From Leptospira sp. (GTDB taxonomy: Bacteria; Spirochaetota; Leptospiria; Leptospirales; Leptospiraceae): a stretch of DNA of 38,349 bases. The notes beneath the pieces were generated by a model. That model was not told where the DNA came from. It ran no database searches and saw nothing but the letters and a program-made list of their open reading frames with translations. The stretch lies in assembly GCA_034439575.1 (NCBI GenBank), contig JAWXAQ010000024.1, positions 1 to 38,349 of the forward strand, in the 5' to 3' direction. The translations under genes were made by a program, and so were the position numbers. Positions 1-9,259 of the stretch are shown here, piece by piece (position 1 is the stretch's first letter; every line of letters begins with the position of its first letter).

Positions 1-2
1 AA

Positions 3-173
3 TATAAATTTAGTAAATTAGAAGTCCTAGATAGAAAAACTTTCAAATGGTCAGTGAGCCCAATTGATAAAAATACTTCAAATGAGGAAACTTCGGGCAA
101 TTTCAAAATTGAGCTAGATGCAATAAAGGAAGATATAGAGATTATTTCACCGGATGTACAATATGAAGAATAA
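3..173 (+). CDS. 3' end of an upstream CDS, partial and absent from the ORF track (...LEVLDRKTFKWSVSP...GNFKIELDAIKEDIEIISPDVQYEE*); resembles the FN3/Ig-like tail of leptospiral FecR-domain proteins
   Basis: Frame 3 is open from the window edge to TAA at 171-173 (56 codons) and overlaps the next ATG (163) by 11 nt. The family guess is from memory and weak. Confidence 0.7.
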   Translation, partial: YKFSKLEVLDRKTFKWSVSPIDKNTSNEETSGNFKIELDAIKEDIEIISPDVQYEE

Positions 174-1668
174 TTTTCTTTTCATACTTGTAATCAGTAT
201 CTTTCTGAATTTATCGATTTCTGCTGAATCCTATCATACGATTCGATGGAAAGGAATCTCGTCAGCTTTGGGTTATGCGGTAGAGGTAAAGGATGAATCA
301 GGAAAAGTCATTACTCAAAATATAAAAAAGCCGACAGTTACCATCAAACTCAACAAAGGCAAATACAATTATAGAATCGCTGTTCTAAATAAATTAAATC
401 ATGTCGAAAAATGGTCGGATTGGCATGAATTAGAAGTGAAACCCGTTGCACCGCCTATCGTTGATTCTGATACTTCCGTAGTACAGACTGATGGAAAAAA
501 TGAAAAAATCACTTTTACTAGTGAAAATATTTACGAAGGAACGAAGGCTTTTATCATTCAAAATGGTAAAAAGTATCCAGCAAAAATTGAAACTAGTGCG
601 GATGGAAAAACAAGTATAGTGACTGTTGATAAAAAATTGGTAGACCCGACAAAAGATCATACTGTCACTCTTGAAAATCCAAAATATGAACCGATTCGTG
701 TAGCCATTTCAGGTGAACTGATCAGTCATCCACCTGACACGATTCTTAAACCAGATTCTGATAAATCAGATACTAAGGACAAAGATAGTGTCCAGTTTCA
801 TTCAGAAACTAACAAAAGTTTTTGGTCTATGTTTTGGCGACAATCTGTAATTCCTGGTTGGGGTCATCAGTATATTGGTCACGACAAAACAGCTTACACG
901 TATTATGCGCTCCTTGGTGGAACATTAATTAATGCATCTGTTCAACATTCTAACTATGAAGCTAAGTTGGCTAGTTTCAGAACAGCCGAAGATTATGCAG
1001 AAGGAATACGTGCTGGTACGGACCAAACAAATCTGTTAGTACCAATTTATATGAATGGTTTGGATTCTCGAGTTGCAGAACAAAGAAACCGACTGAATCA
1101 ATCTGTCGCAGCTGTCGGAGCAGTGTACGGGACTGCGATTTTACATATTATTTTTACTGGCACCAAAAATTCAATGGGAACTCGAAAACTTTCATTTTGG
1201 GAAATGTTTTGGCGCCAAGCAGTTTTGCCAGGTTGGGGTCATTATGCCATAGGTGAGGAAAAAACAGCCTATATGTATTTCGGTTTGCTTGGTGCAACGA
1301 CTGTTAATGTAGCATATCAAAATTATTTATACCGTAATCAATTGGATGAGTATCGAACGCAAAAAGATATGGCTGAATCAATTTATGCTTTTGATCCTTC
1401 TAATCTTTTATTTCCTCTTTTGTTAGATTCTAAAGCTGAGAATATCCGCGACCAAAGGAGTCGAGTTAACAATGCTTTCACGGCAGTAGGGGCAGTTTAT
1501 TTGACATCAATTTTACATATCATTGTGACGGCACATTTTAAAAAATACACAGATTCTACTGCTGGCAATTTCAGTTTTGGATTAAGGCCAGACGAGCCAG
1601 TAACACTTTCCCGTACGATTGATTCCAACCAAATGCGTGCTGATATTCGTTACAGTTTTTTTTATTAG
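163..1668 (+). CDS. Exported hypothetical protein: signal peptide, FN3/Ig-like N-terminal domains, two PGWGHxY (DUF5683-like) hydrophobic repeats, C-terminal aromatic beta-strand
   Basis: MKNNFLFILVISIFLNLSISA signal peptide; W...Y.VEV...GKYNYRIAVLN...WSDW FN3-like pattern; repeats FWRQSVIPGWGHQY and FWRQAVLPGWGHYA. ATG163 preferred over ATG154. Confidence 0.8.
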   Translation: MKNNFLFILVISIFLNLSISAESYHTIRWKGISSALGYAVEVKDESGKVITQNIKKPTVTIKLNKGKYNYRIAVLNKLNHVEKWSDWHELEVKPVAPPIVDSDTSVVQTDGKNEKITFTSENIYEGTKAFIIQNGKKYPAKIETSADGKTSIVTVDKKLVDPTKDHTVTLENPKYEPIRVAISGELISHPPDTILKPDSDKSDTKDKDSVQFHSETNKSFWSMFWRQSVIPGWGHQYIGHDKTAYTYYALLGGTLINASVQHSNYEAKLASFRTAEDYAEGIRAGTDQTNLLVPIYMNGLDSRVAEQRNRLNQSVAAVGAVYGTAILHIIFTGTKNSMGTRKLSFWEMFWRQAVLPGWGHYAIGEEKTAYMYFGLLGATTVNVAYQNYLYRNQLDEYRTQKDMAESIYAFDPSNLLFPLLLDSKAENIRDQRSRVNNAFTAVGAVYLTSILHIIVTAHFKKYTDSTAGNFSFGLRPDEPVTLSRTIDSNQMRADIRYSFFY

Positions 1669-1677
1669 ATTTAAGAC

Positions 1678-1767
1678 GGGAAAACTCTCAGAATGAATCA
1701 AAATCATTCTGGATTAAATCGGTGTATTACGAAATCAAGTAATACTAGGTGAATTTTAAAGTTTCCT
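1678..1767. other. Intergenic double inverted repeat (two hairpins inside an imperfect outer stem)
   Basis: CAGAATGA(1689-1696)/TCATTCTG(1704-1711); GTATTAC(1724-1730)/GTAATAC(1739-1745); flanked by GGGAAAACT and AGTTTCCT. Confidence 0.5.
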
Positions 1768-1782
1768 GGGATTTTATTGCAA

Positions 1783-2913
1783 ATGAAAAGTAGACATAAG
1801 CACATTTTAATCCTTCTGTTTGTTTGTTTACCTTGTTTATTATTTGCAGATGCCTATAGTACGATCAAGTGGAATGCGATTGAAAACGCTGGTGGTTATA
1901 CGATAGAGATAAAAGACGAAGCGGGAAAAACAATATTCGAAAATACGAAAGAACCAAATGTTAAAGTTAAATTGCCTATAGGAAAATACAATTACAGAAT
2001 TGCAGTCATTAATAAATTCAAACGCATTGAAAAATGGTCAGCTTGGAATGATTTAGAAATTCGCCCAGTCGCTATACCTGTTGTAAACACGGCAACTTCG
2101 GAAGTTCAAACCATTGGGAATTCTGAAAAAATCACATTTAACGGAGATAATATTTACGAAGGCACGAAGGCCTATGTGATTCAAGATGGGAAAAAAATTC
2201 CAGCAACCATTCAAACAAGTCGCGATGGAAAAGTTAGTGTTGTTACCATTGATACTAAGTTAGTCGACAAGAAGAAAAATTATAAGGTAACTCTAGAAAA
2301 TCCGAATTTTGATCCTATCGAAGTTCCGATTGTAGGCAAACAAACGGCTGTTTGGGAAGACCAAACGGCAGAAAAACATACATCAGAAATTACACCATTA
2401 AGCGAATCTTCTCGTAGAAATAATATATGGCCTATGTTTTGGCGCCAAGCATTATTGCCAGGTTGGGGGCATTATTATATCGGTGATAAAAAAACTGCAT
2501 ATGCTTATATGTCTATTTTTGGGATAACATCACTTTATACGATAAACGAATATTTAGAATACAGATCCCAGTTACTAGAATTTCGAACACAACAGAATTA
2601 TTTAGAAAGTATACGTGCCTTAGATCCCGATGCTGCAATATTCCCATTTTTTGCAACAACCATAGTTGAAGATTATTATTCCACAAAGGTGGATGAAAGA
2701 GGTAAACGAATCAATTCTTCACTATCAGTTGTGGGTTTGGTGTATGTAACTTCATTGGCTCATATACTTATCACTGGTTATACGAGAAAAATGCCAGAAG
2801 CGAATAAACAAACATTTCATATAGGAATTCGACCGGAAGAACAGACGATCTTATCTCGTACGAATGATCCCAATCATGTGCGCTTTGATCTAAGATATAA
2901 TTTTTATTATTAA
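1783..2913 (+). CDS. Paralog of the preceding exported protein, with a single PGWGHxY repeat
   Basis: Colinear similarity to 163..1668 (GKYNYRIAV, EKITF, NIYEGTKA, VTLENP, MFWRQA.LPGWGHY, C-terminal RYNFYY); signal peptide from ATG1783. Confidence 0.85.
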   Translation: MKSRHKHILILLFVCLPCLLFADAYSTIKWNAIENAGGYTIEIKDEAGKTIFENTKEPNVKVKLPIGKYNYRIAVINKFKRIEKWSAWNDLEIRPVAIPVVNTATSEVQTIGNSEKITFNGDNIYEGTKAYVIQDGKKIPATIQTSRDGKVSVVTIDTKLVDKKKNYKVTLENPNFDPIEVPIVGKQTAVWEDQTAEKHTSEITPLSESSRRNNIWPMFWRQALLPGWGHYYIGDKKTAYAYMSIFGITSLYTINEYLEYRSQLLEFRTQQNYLESIRALDPDAAIFPFFATTIVEDYYSTKVDERGKRINSSLSVVGLVYVTSLAHILITGYTRKMPEANKQTFHIGIRPEEQTILSRTNDPNHVRFDLRYNFYY

Positions 2914-4682
2914 TTTAAATTGTATCTTAGTAAAACGAGAGTTAGGTCATCCTGAATTAACTCGATTCCACCAGAATAGTCAAGTATTGTTTTAAAAACT
3001 TGATCCCGAATAAAATCTAGGCTTTGAAATCTCATTTCCGTAATATCTTCTAATAATTTTTCTTCGCCATACATTTCGATTTGCTCTGGTTTTGTGGCTT
3101 CTGTCAAACCATCAGTTAATAAAACTATCAAATCCCCACTTTCTAGTTTGAATGATTCATCTGTTGCAAGTAAGGGAAAAAATGGTGTGATCAGTCTTCC
3201 CGTTGGTTTTAAAATAATAAGACTGCCAGATTTTCTGATAATATATAAAGGGAAGTGACCCGCTCTTGCAAATGTTATGATCCCAGTTTTTGTATCAATA
3301 TGTAAAAGACTCGCAGTTAGAAAATGATCCTTAAGATTAGGTGTTAGCTGAATTCGTATTTGTTCCAAACTTTCAATCAGTTTCTTTGGATTTCTTACCC
3401 AAAAATCAAGAGACATTTTTACGAGTGCAGATAAAAAAGCTGCAGGGATTCCATGACCAGAGACATCTCCGATAAATGCTCCCATTTCTTTTGTTTCTGG
3501 ATTCCAGTAGATATCAAAAAGATCACCACCGACTTTCATCATAGGAACATTTCGAAAACTAATTTCCATAGGCTCTGTTCCTTCTGGTTTGGAAGGAAAC
3601 AATGATTCTTGAATTCGTTTTGCCATATCTAGCTGTTTGTCGATTTCAGCTTTTTGTAATTCGATCACCAAAGTCCTTTCTGTGACTTTTCTTTCCAATT
3701 CTTCGTTGGCCAATTCTTTCAATCGATTCAAAATTTCTAAGGACTCGAGCGATTCTTTTTGTGCTCTCTCTCTTTCTCTAGACACTGTAACAAGAAAAAA
3801 TGCAATTCCATTGACACTGAACAAAAATGCATCTAAGAATATGAGTGAATCGTTGATAGATAGATCTCCACCGTTTCTTCTAGCAAAAACACCAACACCA
3901 TTGATCGTTTGTGTAACAGCCGTAAAACTCAAAATGGCACTTGCCAATGTGGCGCCGTATTGCCTGAACCTAAGACTTGTTAAAATAACAAATGGAATCG
4001 GTAAAAATAAAAGGGGGAGTTCATCAGAAAATGCGATTCTACCTGAAGTATAAACAAGAAAACACCAAATCAGTAGTTCGATTTTTTTATACCATCGTTG
4101 GTTTAATTTATCCATTGGATTTAACCAAACAAAAAGTAGTGGGGCAACAATGAGAAAACCTTGCATCTCACCAGAGAACCAAGTGAACAAAACATTCCAA
4201 TACGCTTCAATAGGTAAAAAATTCCAAACGAGTAAACTTGTGACTCCAATAAATGCGGAGACCGCGGCACCAGGAACAGTGCATAAAGTGAGAAAATAAA
4301 TAAGTCCTCTCGTGGAATACAATGGGTCTTTAACGCCCGTAAAGCGAAGGAGAAGGTAAAAATTTATTGAAGAGCTTAGTGTATTTCCAATACCAATAAG
4401 TAAAGCTGTAGGAAGATGAGGATTGTTTAAATAATTTGCTGCAAAGGCTCCCAAAAAAATTCCAGGAATAGAAATTCTCCCTAAGATTAGTAAGGCTGTG
4501 AGAGCCATTCCTTCTGGTGGCCAAACAGGGGACACTTGACTGTTTAAGAAAGCGAGTTGGAATCCAATTTTGGAAAATACGACGTAACCAATAGCCAAAA
4601 GGAATGTCCAAAGAATAGCTTTTGGGGAGAGATACGCTTTCACGGATGTCAAGGATAGCATGAAATCCGTAAACGTCGACAT
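2910..4682 (-). CDS. MASE1-domain membrane sensor fused to a SpoIIE/RsbU-type PP2C phosphatase
   Basis: N-terminal multi-TM region with SPVWPPEG; coiled coil; PP2C motifs VGGDLFD, GDVSGHG, LTDGLTEA, QDDLTLV; GGAG RBS before ATG4682. Confidence 0.9.
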   Translation of the reverse strand: MSTFTDFMLSLTSVKAYLSPKAILWTFLLAIGYVVFSKIGFQLAFLNSQVSPVWPPEGMALTALLILGRISIPGIFLGAFAANYLNNPHLPTALLIGIGNTLSSSINFYLLLRFTGVKDPLYSTRGLIYFLTLCTVPGAAVSAFIGVTSLLVWNFLPIEAYWNVLFTWFSGEMQGFLIVAPLLFVWLNPMDKLNQRWYKKIELLIWCFLVYTSGRIAFSDELPLLFLPIPFVILTSLRFRQYGATLASAILSFTAVTQTINGVGVFARRNGGDLSINDSLIFLDAFLFSVNGIAFFLVTVSRERERAQKESLESLEILNRLKELANEELERKVTERTLVIELQKAEIDKQLDMAKRIQESLFPSKPEGTEPMEISFRNVPMMKVGGDLFDIYWNPETKEMGAFIGDVSGHGIPAAFLSALVKMSLDFWVRNPKKLIESLEQIRIQLTPNLKDHFLTASLLHIDTKTGIITFARAGHFPLYIIRKSGSLIILKPTGRLITPFFPLLATDESFKLESGDLIVLLTDGLTEATKPEQIEMYGEEKLLEDITEMRFQSLDFIRDQVFKTILDYSGGIELIQDDLTLVLLRYNLN

Positions 4683-4691
4683 TTTCTCCAA

Positions 4692-7337
4692 TTATTCAGT
4701 TAATTTCATTTGATAAATAGAACGATTTGGAAGACCATTCACGGTTGTGAAAAGACCACCTAAGTAAAGATAATTGCCATTCTTTTTGATACTTCTGACT
4801 TCGCCGTTTGTATTTGCGATCAAAGATTTTAAAGACATAGAATTGTCCGAGTTTAAGGTAAATGATGCAAAGTAAGAACGCGATTCTGCATTGAAACTTG
4901 TAAATGAACCCCCTCCTACATATATGTTCCTTCCATCGACTAAAAAATCATAGATGCTACCTGCAGGGGTAATCGCTATATTCGGTGCAAGTAGGTTTGC
5001 GGCACCAATTTGAATGGAAGCAAGACCTGCACGAGCTGTGGATAGAATTGTTGCGAAAGTTCCTCCCACAAACAAGTTGCTGTTAGGTCCTTCTTTTAAG
5101 ATAAACACAGTAGAATTTGGCTGATATAACAAAGGATCGAGTGTTCCTGTATCAGCTGTGACAACTCCCAAATAACCTCTATTTGCCTGCGCATTTAATG
5201 TGGGAAAATCTCCACCTACATACAATAAATTTCCTGTTTTATAAAAACTCCTAACATTGGATGGAGCAGTGGCAGTAAAATTGGAATCTACAGCGCCATT
5301 GGCTTCTTTTACTTTAGCAAGGCAAGAATGAGATTCACCACCTACACTTGAAAAATTCCCTCCGACATATAGATCTTCACCAGTAGCATACATCCCCAGA
5401 ACAAAGCCTGCTCCACCTGCGGAAATGTTTGCATTCCAAGAGTCCATTTTTCTTTGTTTGATGTTATATGCTGCAAGCAAGGGTTGTGTTTTATTATTTA
5501 CTTTTTGGAATCCACCTCCTAGGTAGAGACGATCATTTACCCGAATCATTGCAAATAATTCAGCACTTAGGTTTGCATAAATAGTTTTATCAGCAAGACC
5601 TGTAGAAAGGTCAATAGCTCCAAAATGGGATGTCGAATGCATTCGTGGATATAAAAATCCACCAGCCAGAATGATGTTATTTTGTGATTCTATCAATGAT
5701 TGAACATAACTATTTGGATTCAATTCAAAGGATTGGTCTATGCTAAGATCTGTTAAGTTAACTTTTAATAAATTTTTTATGGTTTGTTCATCAGTTTTAT
5801 TATATATTAAATTGCTTCCACTCAAATAGAGATTTCCATTACTAAAGTGAATTTTTTCTATCGAAGATCCCACATCTGTTTTGTTAGCGATAGGATCACC
5901 AGAAACTAGGTAACCTGTGAGAAGATTGTAAGCCATAAAAAATTTTCTTGGTGTTGAAAAAGCAGAATTAAAATTTCCTACGACGTAAAGTGAAGAGTTG
6001 TTTATATAAACTGAATTTGCAGATTCTCCCGATATAAATGGATTGAAACTTGCATCTTGGGCACCTGTTGAAACGGAAAATTTGCCAATTCCATAATTTG
6101 ATCCGAAAACATCATCGGCGGCAATAAAGATACCATATTCAGAAACAGCAAAATCACGAGGATTTTCGGTGGTCCCGTAGGCTGTTACCGCAAATCCAAC
6201 ATCGGCTGTATTGCTATCGGGTGTTAAACGACATACTATTCCTGTATTATGCACATTTGATCCGCAAGTACTTAATGAAGCGAGTAAAGCATAAATATTT
6301 CCTCCATAGAATTCAATATCGACAACATTAGTGCCTGCACCTGGATTCCATGAAGTCAAGGTATTACTCGCACGATTGATTTCTGCCAAATAATTACGAG
6401 CTGACCCATTAACGGTTGTAAAGTTACCGCCAATGATAAGTCGATCTCCGTTGATTGCCATCGCCGTAACTTGGCCACTGATATTAAAACTAGCATCAGA
6501 AAGTGAACCATCAGCATTTATCTTAGCTAAGTAGGTTCGTCCATAATTTGTGCCCTTATCACTTATCGAAGTAAATGATCCAGCTAACCACAATCCTCCA
6601 TCTGGATCTGCCACCATTCTGTCGACAGCTGAATTTGGTGATGGCATGTTTAGTCCACTTGTATTGGAAGATTTAGATACGATTGCAAAATAAGGCTCAT
6701 AATTACCGATTCCATTAAAGTTTCCTGCCATAAAGAGATGATTGCAATAGACTTCGATGGAACGAAATGACGAATTGACTAAGGCTGGGAATTCAATAAT
6801 CTTTGGCTCACCCGTATTATATCCGTTTTGGTATTGAACGGCTTGTGACAATTTAGTTCCATTTAAACCCTCAATCTCTGAAGAAACTTTTATCTTGATA
6901 TTGTTTGTTGATATACATACATTTCCAGGATAGGGCGATATTGAGATGATCGGATTACTGCTCGAATCGATGACACCTCCTAAACAACTGTTAAAGTCAT
7001 CTTTTGATATTTGAAACGTGCCTGAGCAATTTCCATTCTCAGATTGCATGCTTAATGAGCGTAAGTTTACAGGAGTAGAAAATTGAAGTCGAATGGGTAT
7101 TCCAGCTGGAACATTCGAACTTCCGTCAGTCGGAGATAAGGAAAGTAATTCAAATCCTCTGCCGCAATTTGGACCAAGGAGTAAACATTCCAAAAACCTA
7201 GCACGCCAAAAGGCGCCGGAATTCGGATCTCCTGCATTGTCTAAGTTCATAGAACACTTAGAACATAGGAGTAAGAAAAAAGATAATAGGAGAGACCTAG
7301 TTAGATAAAGTATCCCAAATTTTATATTTTTCCGCAA
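4692..7337 (-). CDS. Large putative lipoprotein: Ig-like (Big_5/SbsA-like) domain plus beta-propeller repeats (delta-60/Rax2-like LYVGGxF)
   Basis: Basic N-terminus, hydrophobic stretch, then Cys (SFFLLLCSKC); SPTDGSSNVP...IRLQFSTPVN Ig-like start; at least 12 LY(V/L)GG(N/D)F-type repeats. Start uncertain (TTG7337 or 7370). Confidence 0.75.
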   Translation of the reverse strand: MRKNIKFGILYLTRSLLLSFFLLLCSKCSMNLDNAGDPNSGAFWRARFLECLLLGPNCGRGFELLSLSPTDGSSNVPAGIPIRLQFSTPVNLRSLSMQSENGNCSGTFQISKDDFNSCLGGVIDSSSNPIISISPYPGNVCISTNNIKIKVSSEIEGLNGTKLSQAVQYQNGYNTGEPKIIEFPALVNSSFRSIEVYCNHLFMAGNFNGIGNYEPYFAIVSKSSNTSGLNMPSPNSAVDRMVADPDGGLWLAGSFTSISDKGTNYGRTYLAKINADGSLSDASFNISGQVTAMAINGDRLIIGGNFTTVNGSARNYLAEINRASNTLTSWNPGAGTNVVDIEFYGGNIYALLASLSTCGSNVHNTGIVCRLTPDSNTADVGFAVTAYGTTENPRDFAVSEYGIFIAADDVFGSNYGIGKFSVSTGAQDASFNPFISGESANSVYINNSSLYVVGNFNSAFSTPRKFFMAYNLLTGYLVSGDPIANKTDVGSSIEKIHFSNGNLYLSGSNLIYNKTDEQTIKNLLKVNLTDLSIDQSFELNPNSYVQSLIESQNNIILAGGFLYPRMHSTSHFGAIDLSTGLADKTIYANLSAELFAMIRVNDRLYLGGGFQKVNNKTQPLLAAYNIKQRKMDSWNANISAGGAGFVLGMYATGEDLYVGGNFSSVGGESHSCLAKVKEANGAVDSNFTATAPSNVRSFYKTGNLLYVGGDFPTLNAQANRGYLGVVTADTGTLDPLLYQPNSTVFILKEGPNSNLFVGGTFATILSTARAGLASIQIGAANLLAPNIAITPAGSIYDFLVDGRNIYVGGGSFTSFNAESRSYFASFTLNSDNSMSLKSLIANTNGEVRSIKKNGNYLYLGGLFTTVNGLPNRSIYQMKLTE

Positions 7338-9147
7338 TTTGTGTTTCCAATTCTGCAATATGATTTCCAATTTCGATTAGCTTTTGATGGTCATGTGCGA
7401 AAAAAGCTAAATCGCTCTCCCTAACGGATTTTTCTTTCTCCAATAATTCAATTTCTTTTTCTATTTTTTTCTTCTCTTTTTCAGCTTTGGAATTCGTTTT
7501 TTCTGTCGCTAAATTTACTATAGGGATTTCCTTAATTGGTTTATTAGTTTCTTTTTTTTCTAAGGATTTTTCTAAATAGGAAGAAAAAGTCCCAATATAA
7601 GTGGAAATTTGACCATCAGATTCAAATATTAATAGGCTTTCAGCTACTCGGTCCATAAAATATCTGTCATGCGAAACAGTTACAACTGTTCCTGGGAAAT
7701 CATCAAGAAAATTCTCCAATATGGAAAGCGTTTGGATATCTAAATCGTTAGTTGGTTCGTCCAAAATCAAAAAATTGGGTCCACACATAAGAATTTGAAC
7801 TAAATAAAGTCGTCTTTTTTCACCACCTGACAATTTTGATATGGGTGTGTATTGTGTTTTTCCATCAAATAAAAACCGTTCCAAAACTTTAGAGGCTGTT
7901 ATTTTTTCTCCTTCATCATTTAAAATATATTCGCCTGCATATTCTTTTATATAATCTAACACATTCATATGGAGGGGTAGTTCACGGCTAATTTGATCAA
8001 AATAACCAATTTTTGTATTGATACCAGGTTTCACAAAACCAGAATCAGGTGCAAGAGTTCCTGCAAATAAATTTAACAAAGTAGATTTACCTACACCATT
8101 TGGCCCAATGATTCCAAGTCTTTCTTTGGCTTTAAAAAAATAATTAAAATCTTTAACTATAGTTCGGTTAGAGAAACTTTTCATGAGTCCATGAATTTCG
8201 AGTATTGTTTTACCTTGACGTTTACTAATAACACTTAGTTCCAGTTCTTTTTGTAATTCAAAAACTTCGCGACTGCTCAATTCTTCTGCTCTATCAATTC
8301 TTGCTTTTTGTTTTGTCGATCGAGCTTTTGGTTGGCGTTTCAACCATTTGAGTTCTTGTTTGAGATGTTGTCTGGCTTTGTCTTCTTGTTTGAGAAGTGT
8401 TTCTTCGCGTTCTAATTTTCTTTGTAAATATTCTGAATAATTGCCTTCATAAAGAAAATATTTTCCTCTATCAATTTCTAAAATTTTACCCACAACTCGA
8501 TCTAAAAAATATCTATCGTGAGTAATTAGAATAATAGCTTTATCTGTTTGCATTAAAAATTCTTCTAACCATTGAATGGAACTCACATCCAAATGGTTGG
8601 TCGGCTCATCAAGAATCAGAAGATTACTTTCTTCGATTAATGATTTTGCTAGTTCGACTTTTTTTAACATCCCGCCCGAAAGTTCTGACATCGTTCGATC
8701 GAGTTTTTCTACGCCCAATTCTCGCAAAATCGAAGTTATCTGAGCCTCATAATCCCATGCCGCAAGCCTGTCCATTTCATGTAATAGTCTTGTATATTTC
8801 TCTTCTGATTCTTCTGTTCCAGATTCAAGTCCGTCGCATGCCTCAGTATAATCATGTATTAGTTGAACCAGTTTACCTCCACCTTTATATATATGGTCTA
8901 GAATTTTTTCCTTTGGATCGAAGGTAGGGTTTTGTTCCAGGACAGAGATTTTTAGATTTTTATTTGGAACGATACTTCCAGAATCCAATTCTTCTTTTTT
9001 TAAAATTGATTTTAAGAGTGTCGATTTTCCCGCACCATTGACTCCGACGATGGCAATCTTTTCTCCTTCAGATATGCTAAAATCCAAATCTTTGAATAAG
9101 ACCTTTTCTCCGATGATTCTTGTGAGTTTTGAGAGTGAGAGTAACAA
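7297..9147 (-). CDS. ABC-F family ATP-binding protein (Uup-like)
   Basis: Two NBDs (GVNGAGKS/LSGGM/LDEPTNHLD and GPNGVGKS/LSGGEKRR/LDEPTNDLD); no TM domain; C-terminal coiled coil; TTG9147 preceded by AAGGA. Confidence 0.92.
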   Translation of the reverse strand: MLLSLSKLTRIIGEKVLFKDLDFSISEGEKIAIVGVNGAGKSTLLKSILKKEELDSGSIVPNKNLKISVLEQNPTFDPKEKILDHIYKGGGKLVQLIHDYTEACDGLESGTEESEEKYTRLLHEMDRLAAWDYEAQITSILRELGVEKLDRTMSELSGGMLKKVELAKSLIEESNLLILDEPTNHLDVSSIQWLEEFLMQTDKAIILITHDRYFLDRVVGKILEIDRGKYFLYEGNYSEYLQRKLEREETLLKQEDKARQHLKQELKWLKRQPKARSTKQKARIDRAEELSSREVFELQKELELSVISKRQGKTILEIHGLMKSFSNRTIVKDFNYFFKAKERLGIIGPNGVGKSTLLNLFAGTLAPDSGFVKPGINTKIGYFDQISRELPLHMNVLDYIKEYAGEYILNDEGEKITASKVLERFLFDGKTQYTPISKLSGGEKRRLYLVQILMCGPNFLILDEPTNDLDIQTLSILENFLDDFPGTVVTVSHDRYFMDRVAESLLIFESDGQISTYIGTFSSYLEKSLEKKETNKPIKEIPIVNLATEKTNSKAEKEKKKIEKEIELLEKEKSVRESDLAFFAHDHQKLIEIGNHIAELETQIAEKYKIWDTLSN

Positions 9148-9259
9148 TGGCGGTTCCTTGGACGATTTAAAACCATACTCACTCAATTCCTTTAAATTGC
9201 AAACCATAGTGTTATGTCACTTGACCAAATTTTATAAATCTGGAAGATTGATGGAGCAG

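Noticed and set aside
9038..9259. N-terminal extensions producing a head-to-head overlap of the ABC-F gene (to 9207) and the TPR gene (from 9038)
   Set aside because: Better starts with RBS exist (TTG9147 on minus, ATG9260 on plus with a signal peptide), leaving a normal divergent promoter region with TTGACC at 9221
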